Position numbers and translations under genes: made by a program. Of a stretch of 40,773 bases of DNA, positions 36,857 through 40,773 are shown in pieces; position 1 is the stretch's first letter; each line of letters begins with the position of its first letter. The notes under the pieces were generated by a model, which worked only from the letters and a program-made list of their open reading frames with translations, searched no databases and was not told the origin of the DNA. Source of the stretch: Armatimonadota bacterium (lineage in GTDB: Bacteria > Sysuimicrobiota > Sysuimicrobiia > Sysuimicrobiales > Humicultoraceae); the NCBI GenBank assembly GCA_052386995.1, contig JBQTJP010000131.1, positions 1-40,773 on the forward strand, written 5' to 3'.

Positions 36857-36883
36857 GCCACGGTGCGGAAACCGCACCGCGGC
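36857..36883 (+). other. Stem-loop after nrdJ (GCC-A-CGGTGCGG-AAA-CCGCACCG-C-GGC)
   Basis: 8-bp perfect inverted repeat plus a 3-bp extension. No U-tract. Preceded by an extended -10-like TGgTAGACT (36845-36853). Confidence 0.4.
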
Positions 36884-36966
36884 GGGTCGTTGCCGGGCGG
36901 CCTTGGTAGGGACGTTGTCCCGGCTGGCCACCAGCGGACGATGCCCGCCAAGGGAGGGCTTTCGGC

Positions 36967-37482
36967 ATGCGGTGGTGGCGCGTTGCAATGGGCCTCGTCA
37001 CGGTGCTGGCGCTGGCTTCGGCCGCCGCGGTATCGGCGCAGCCCGCGAACTGGATCGTCGTTCCAGGGCACGCGATCGGGGACATTCAACTGGGCATGAC
37101 CCAACAGCAGGTGCTCAACCGGCTGGGTATGCCCGACGAGATCTCCAACGATCGCAGCAGCGACGGCGGTCGAAACATCTACTGGGTCTATCCACAACCC
37201 GAACGGCAAGTCCTGGTCGTGTCCTGGACGAAGCGGGCGGACGAGACCGGCGGCGTCGACTTCATCTTCACCGACAATGTGCGATACGTGACCAGCAAGG
37301 GCGTCTCACTGGGCACGTCGACCTTCAAAGATCTGTTGACGCAGTACGGCACTCCTGAGCGGATGTCGGGGGTCGGCCGCGGCGGGGTGATGTTCTACTA
37401 CGAGGGCCAGGGCGTCCGGTTTCGCGTAGAAGGCGACGCGGGCAAAGTCACCGCCGTGACGATCGTGCCTCGCAAGCAATGA
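36967..37482 (+). CDS. Secreted hypothetical protein with two internal repeats of an 'x-LG...V...G.P' beta/alpha module
   Basis: Signal peptide MRWWRVAMGLVTVLALASAAAVSA and SD GGGAGGG. Repeated IQLGMTQQQVLNRLGMPD / VSLGTSTFKDLLTQYGTPE. Confidence 0.8.
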   Translation: MRWWRVAMGLVTVLALASAAAVSAQPANWIVVPGHAIGDIQLGMTQQQVLNRLGMPDEISNDRSSDGGRNIYWVYPQPERQVLVVSWTKRADETGGVDFIFTDNVRYVTSKGVSLGTSTFKDLLTQYGTPERMSGVGRGGVMFYYEGQGVRFRVEGDAGKVTAVTIVPRKQ

Positions 37483-37571
37483 AGCATGGTATGCTGGAAC
37501 AGATCTCATTGCGCAGACGTATAGAGATAACGCTGGGACCGGCGCCGGCCCGTCCCACCGGAGGTGGATAG

Positions 37572-38522
37572 ATGGTGAAGCGTGTGAGTGTGGCAGTCGC
37601 GCTCGTCGCAGCCCTCGCGCTGGGCATGGTGGGATCGGCCCCGCCGCCCGCCGCGGGCCAGACGGCGCTGACGCTTGCGTTCGTCCCATCCCAGGACTCT
37701 CAGCGGGTCCTGGAGACCGGGAGCATCCTGGCGCGCATGATCGAAGTCGCGACCGGGTATCGTGTGACGGCGACCGTGCCAACCAGTTACGTCGCGACCA
37801 TCGAGGCGATGTGCGCGGGCCGGGTCGATATCGCCTTCCTGGCCCCGTTCGCGTATGTGCTCGCGCATGAGAAATGCGGGGCGGACGTGCGGCTGGTCAG
37901 CGTTCGGGCCCAGCTGCCGTTCTACAAGTCCCAGATTCTCGTCCGCGCGGATCAGAACATCCGGAACCTCAACGAGCTCCGGGGGAAGAAGTTCGCGTTC
38001 GTCACCCCGGCGTCGGCGTCCGGGTATCTCTTCCCTGCGGCTATGCTCAAGAAGAACGGCATCGATCCGGACCGGTTCTTCAGCCAGGTGCTCTTCGCTG
38101 GCGGGCACGACCGGGTCGTGCTGGCGATCTACACTGGGTCGGTCGATGCCGGCGCCACATTCGGCGACGAGGTGTTCAGCGACGCGCGCACGACGGTCCT
38201 CCGCCAGTACCCCGACGTCAGGGACAAGGTGAAGGTCCTGGCGTACACGGACCCCATTCCCAACGACACCGTATCGTTCCGCCGCGACCTCCCCGAGGAG
38301 GTCAAGGAGAAGACCACGAAGGCGTTGTTCCGGATCGCGGAGACCGCACCCGGCAAGGAGACGCTTGACCGCCTGTACCAGATTCAGGGCTTCTCGGACT
38401 TCAACGCCCTGACGACGACCTACAAGCAATCCGGCTTGAGGACGTTTGATCAGTACTTCCAGCCGATCCGCGACGCCGCCAAGTTTCTCGGCCTGAACCT
38501 CGAGGAGCTGCTGCGGCGGTAG
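37572..38522 (+). CDS. phnD: Phosphonate/phosphite/phosphate ABC transporter substrate-binding protein (PhnD family)
   Basis: Signal peptide, SYVATIEAM, YKSQI, SASGYLFP, GGHD..V.A...G.VDAG and PIPND. Confidence 0.9.
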   Translation: MVKRVSVAVALVAALALGMVGSAPPPAAGQTALTLAFVPSQDSQRVLETGSILARMIEVATGYRVTATVPTSYVATIEAMCAGRVDIAFLAPFAYVLAHEKCGADVRLVSVRAQLPFYKSQILVRADQNIRNLNELRGKKFAFVTPASASGYLFPAAMLKKNGIDPDRFFSQVLFAGGHDRVVLAIYTGSVDAGATFGDEVFSDARTTVLRQYPDVRDKVKVLAYTDPIPNDTVSFRRDLPEEVKEKTTKALFRIAETAPGKETLDRLYQIQGFSDFNALTTTYKQSGLRTFDQYFQPIRDAAKFLGLNLEELLRR

Positions 38523-38586
38523 GGCGAACAGGAACCACGATACAGCGAGTCGTAGATACGGGGGAGGGCGGATAGCCCTCCTCTGT

Positions 38587-39375
38587 ATGTCTGAAGGTGG
38601 CGCGGTGCGCGGCGCGGCGGTTCGGATCGAGCATCTGACCAAGACCTACCCCGACGGTACGCGGGCGCTCACGGACATCTCGCTGACCGTGAAGCCCGGA
38701 GAGTTTCTCGTCATCATCGGGCTGTCGGGCTCGGGCAAGTCGACGCTGATGCGCTGCATCAACCGGCTGATCGAGCCCACGTCGGGCAAGATCTTCATCG
38801 ACGATGTTGACGTGACCGCGCTCGCGCCCGAGGGGACCCGCCAGGCACGCCGGCAGATCGGGATGATCTTCCAACAGTTCAACCTGGTCAAACGGTCATC
38901 GGTTCTCACCAATGTGCTGTCTGGGCGGCTGGGGTATGTGCCACCAACCTGGGCCCTGTACAACTACTTTCCGCGGGCACTCCGTGAGCAGGCGATGGCG
39001 CATCTGGCGACGGTCGGTATCCCTGAGAAGGCCCACACGCGGGCCGATCAGCTCTCCGGAGGACAGCAGCAGCGCGTCGGGATTGCCCGCGCGCTTATGC
39101 AAGACCCCAAACTCATCCTGGCGGACGAGCCGGTCGCCAGCCTCGACCCCGCGACGTCGCATTCTGTCCTCAAGTATGTGGAAGACCTGAACCGCCGCGA
39201 GGGGATCACGGTCATGTGCAGCCTGCACTTCCTGAGCCTGGCGCGCCGGTACGGCACGCGCGTCGTGGCGCTCAAGGCGGGTCAGATCGTCTTCGACGGC
39301 CTGCCCGACGAGATCGACGAGCGCCGCTTCAAGGGAATCTACGGCGAAGAGGCGATGGAGGTGGAGATCGCCTGA
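38587..39375 (+). CDS. phnC: Phosphonate ABC transporter ATP-binding protein
   Basis: GLSGSGKST, IFQQFNLV.R.SVLTNVLSGRLG, LSGGQQQRV and ADEPVASLDP. Alternative start at GTG 38605. Confidence 0.93.
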   Translation: MSEGGAVRGAAVRIEHLTKTYPDGTRALTDISLTVKPGEFLVIIGLSGSGKSTLMRCINRLIEPTSGKIFIDDVDVTALAPEGTRQARRQIGMIFQQFNLVKRSSVLTNVLSGRLGYVPPTWALYNYFPRALREQAMAHLATVGIPEKAHTRADQLSGGQQQRVGIARALMQDPKLILADEPVASLDPATSHSVLKYVEDLNRREGITVMCSLHFLSLARRYGTRVVALKAGQIVFDGLPDEIDERRFKGIYGEEAMEVEIA

Positions 39376-40538
39376 TGGGACAGAACGCCACCACCCCGCT
39401 GCCGCGGGCCCCCGAGATTCCCCGACCCGGCCGGGGGGTGCTGCGCGTGCTGGCCTGGCTCGCGGTCCTGACCCTGATCTACGCGTATGGGTGGAGGGTG
39501 ACGCAGATCGATCTCGTCGAGCTTGCCACGAAGTGGTCGCTGGCCAGGCCCCTGCTCTACGACCTGATCCGCCCCGATCTGCTGCAGTACTACCCCCGTC
39601 AGCAGCGCGTGGATGCCGGGATCGGTCTGGACGGTGGGGCCGCCCCGTCCCCCGAGATTCGCGGGGAAGGCCGCGTGACGCTCACTCCCGCCTCGGCAAA
39701 GATCGGCGACCGCGTGACCGTGACCGCCGAGGGGTTCGCGCCTTCCCGCCCGATCGAGGTGATCTGGCGCGACCAGGCGGGCTCTACGGCGACGGTGGCG
39801 AAAGGCACCACTGACGCCTCGGGGCGCTTCGAGACCGCGATTACGGTGCCGAACGTCATTGGGACGGCGCACCACATCATCGCGCAGGTCACGCTCGAGG
39901 GCACGACGCTCGGACTGAGCAACACCCTGCGCCTGACCCTGTTCCGCATGGTGGAGACGATCTTCCTCGCGCTCATGGGCACGACGATGGCCGTGGTCTT
40001 CGCTGTGCCGCTGTCGTTCCTCGCGGCGAAGAACCTGATGGGGCGCAGTACGATCAGCCTGTCGGTCTACTATGTCATGCGCACCATCTTCAACATCGCG
40101 CGATCGATCGAGCCGCTGATCATGGCCACGGTGTTCGCGGTCTGGGTCGGCATCGGGCCGTTCGCCGGGGTGCTGGCGCTTGGGGTGCACTCGATCGCGT
40201 CGCTCGGCAAGCTCTACTCCGAGCAGATCGAGTCGATCGATCCTGGCCCCATCGAGGCGATCACCGCGACCGGTGCCTCGATGCTGCAGGTTGTCCGCTA
40301 CGCCGTCGTCCCGCAGATCGTGCCGCCGTTCATCGCGTTCACCATCTATCGCTGGGACATCAACGTCCGCCTGTCGACGATCATCGGGTTCGTCGGCGGC
40401 GGTGGGCTGGGGTTCCTGCTCATCCAGTACATCAATCTGCTGCAGTGGCGCCAGGCCGCGACCGCGGTGTGGGCGATTACTGCCGTCGTCGCGGCCATGG
40501 ACTACCTGTCGTCCGCCGTGCGCGAGAAGGTCGTCTGA
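39375..40538 (+). CDS. phnE: Phosphonate ABC transporter permease PhnE with an inserted beta-rich extracytoplasmic domain
   Basis: ETIFLALMGT, RSIEPLI, GPFAGVLAL...LGKLYSEQIE and YRWDINVR.STIIGFVGGGG. TGATG overlap with phnC. Confidence 0.9.
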   Translation: MGQNATTPLPRAPEIPRPGRGVLRVLAWLAVLTLIYAYGWRVTQIDLVELATKWSLARPLLYDLIRPDLLQYYPRQQRVDAGIGLDGGAAPSPEIRGEGRVTLTPASAKIGDRVTVTAEGFAPSRPIEVIWRDQAGSTATVAKGTTDASGRFETAITVPNVIGTAHHIIAQVTLEGTTLGLSNTLRLTLFRMVETIFLALMGTTMAVVFAVPLSFLAAKNLMGRSTISLSVYYVMRTIFNIARSIEPLIMATVFAVWVGIGPFAGVLALGVHSIASLGKLYSEQIESIDPGPIEAITATGASMLQVVRYAVVPQIVPPFIAFTIYRWDINVRLSTIIGFVGGGGLGFLLIQYINLLQWRQAATAVWAITAVVAAMDYLSSAVREKVV

Positions 40539-40773
40539 AGATCCTCGCTCCCCTGCCAACGGTACCTGCCGGATGGCGCTGGGAGATCCGAGCGGACCTA
40601 CGCCTGCTGGTAGCCACCGCGGTGGAGGGCATCGGCGTCGCGCACGCGTTCACCACCCGGCAGGGCGGGACAAGCGCCCCGCCATTTGACACCCTGAACC
40701 TCGGACGCGGCGTGGGCGACGAGCCGAGGTGCGTGGGCGCGAATCGCACCTGCGTCGCCGCTGCCCTGTCCAG
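40535..40773 (+). CDS. pgeF: PgeF/YfiH family protein (peptidoglycan editing factor / purine nucleoside phosphorylase), 5' part, truncated by the window end
   Basis: Open frame reading ...GIGVAHAFTTRQGGTSAPPFDTLNLGRGVGDEPRCVGANR (FTTR.GG.S..P...LNLG..VGD....V..NR is the YfiH signature). Start uncertain. Confidence 0.85.
   Translation, partial: MKILAPLPTVPAGWRWEIRADLRLLVATAVEGIGVAHAFTTRQGGTSAPPFDTLNLGRGVGDEPRCVGANRTCVAAALS

Noticed and set aside
38530..38562. CACGATACAG / GTAGATACGG as further NrdR boxes
   Set aside because: They miss conserved core positions and are not 31-32 bp apart.
1..40773. tRNA, rRNA, CRISPR array, integrase/transposase, cobalamin riboswitch before nrdJ
   Set aside because: No such sequence patterns were recognised. 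The nrdR-nrdJ gap is only 27 nt, and the 36901-36953 multi-stem lacks tRNA D/T-loop signatures.

Overview
Bacterial chromosomal window from a high-GC organism. Essentially all real genes are on the + strand. The left ~11.5 kb is a lower-GC accessory signalling region: an MFS exporter with an extra C-terminal membrane hairpin, an unannotated 23-codon small ORF, two translationally coupled membrane-anchored HD-GYP proteins (one canonical, one degenerate), and two tandem SARP/BTAD-STAND ATPase-TPR regulators, the second split by a 1-nt frameshift. After an orphan immunity-protein-like gene comes the dcw cluster (mraZ rsmH ftsL ftsI murE murF mraY murD ftsW murG murC murB ftsQ ftsA ftsZ; no ddl). 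It is followed by an M50 protease, a NatB-like permease, nrdR, an intein-containing class II ribonucleotide reductase (nrdJ), a secreted protein, phnDCE and the 5' part of pgeF/yfiH. The most notable signal is three pairs of NrdR-box-like sites, each pair spaced exactly 32 bp. One pair lies in the nrdR-nrdJ promoter, as expected. The others lie directly upstream of ftsA-ftsZ and upstream of mraZ, suggesting that NrdR may couple dNTP status to cell division. Also notable are a strongly atypical MurD (MurD2/L-Glu-type-like motifs) and the peptide/HD-GYP/STAND island. All calls come from reading motifs by eye; no database searches were run.
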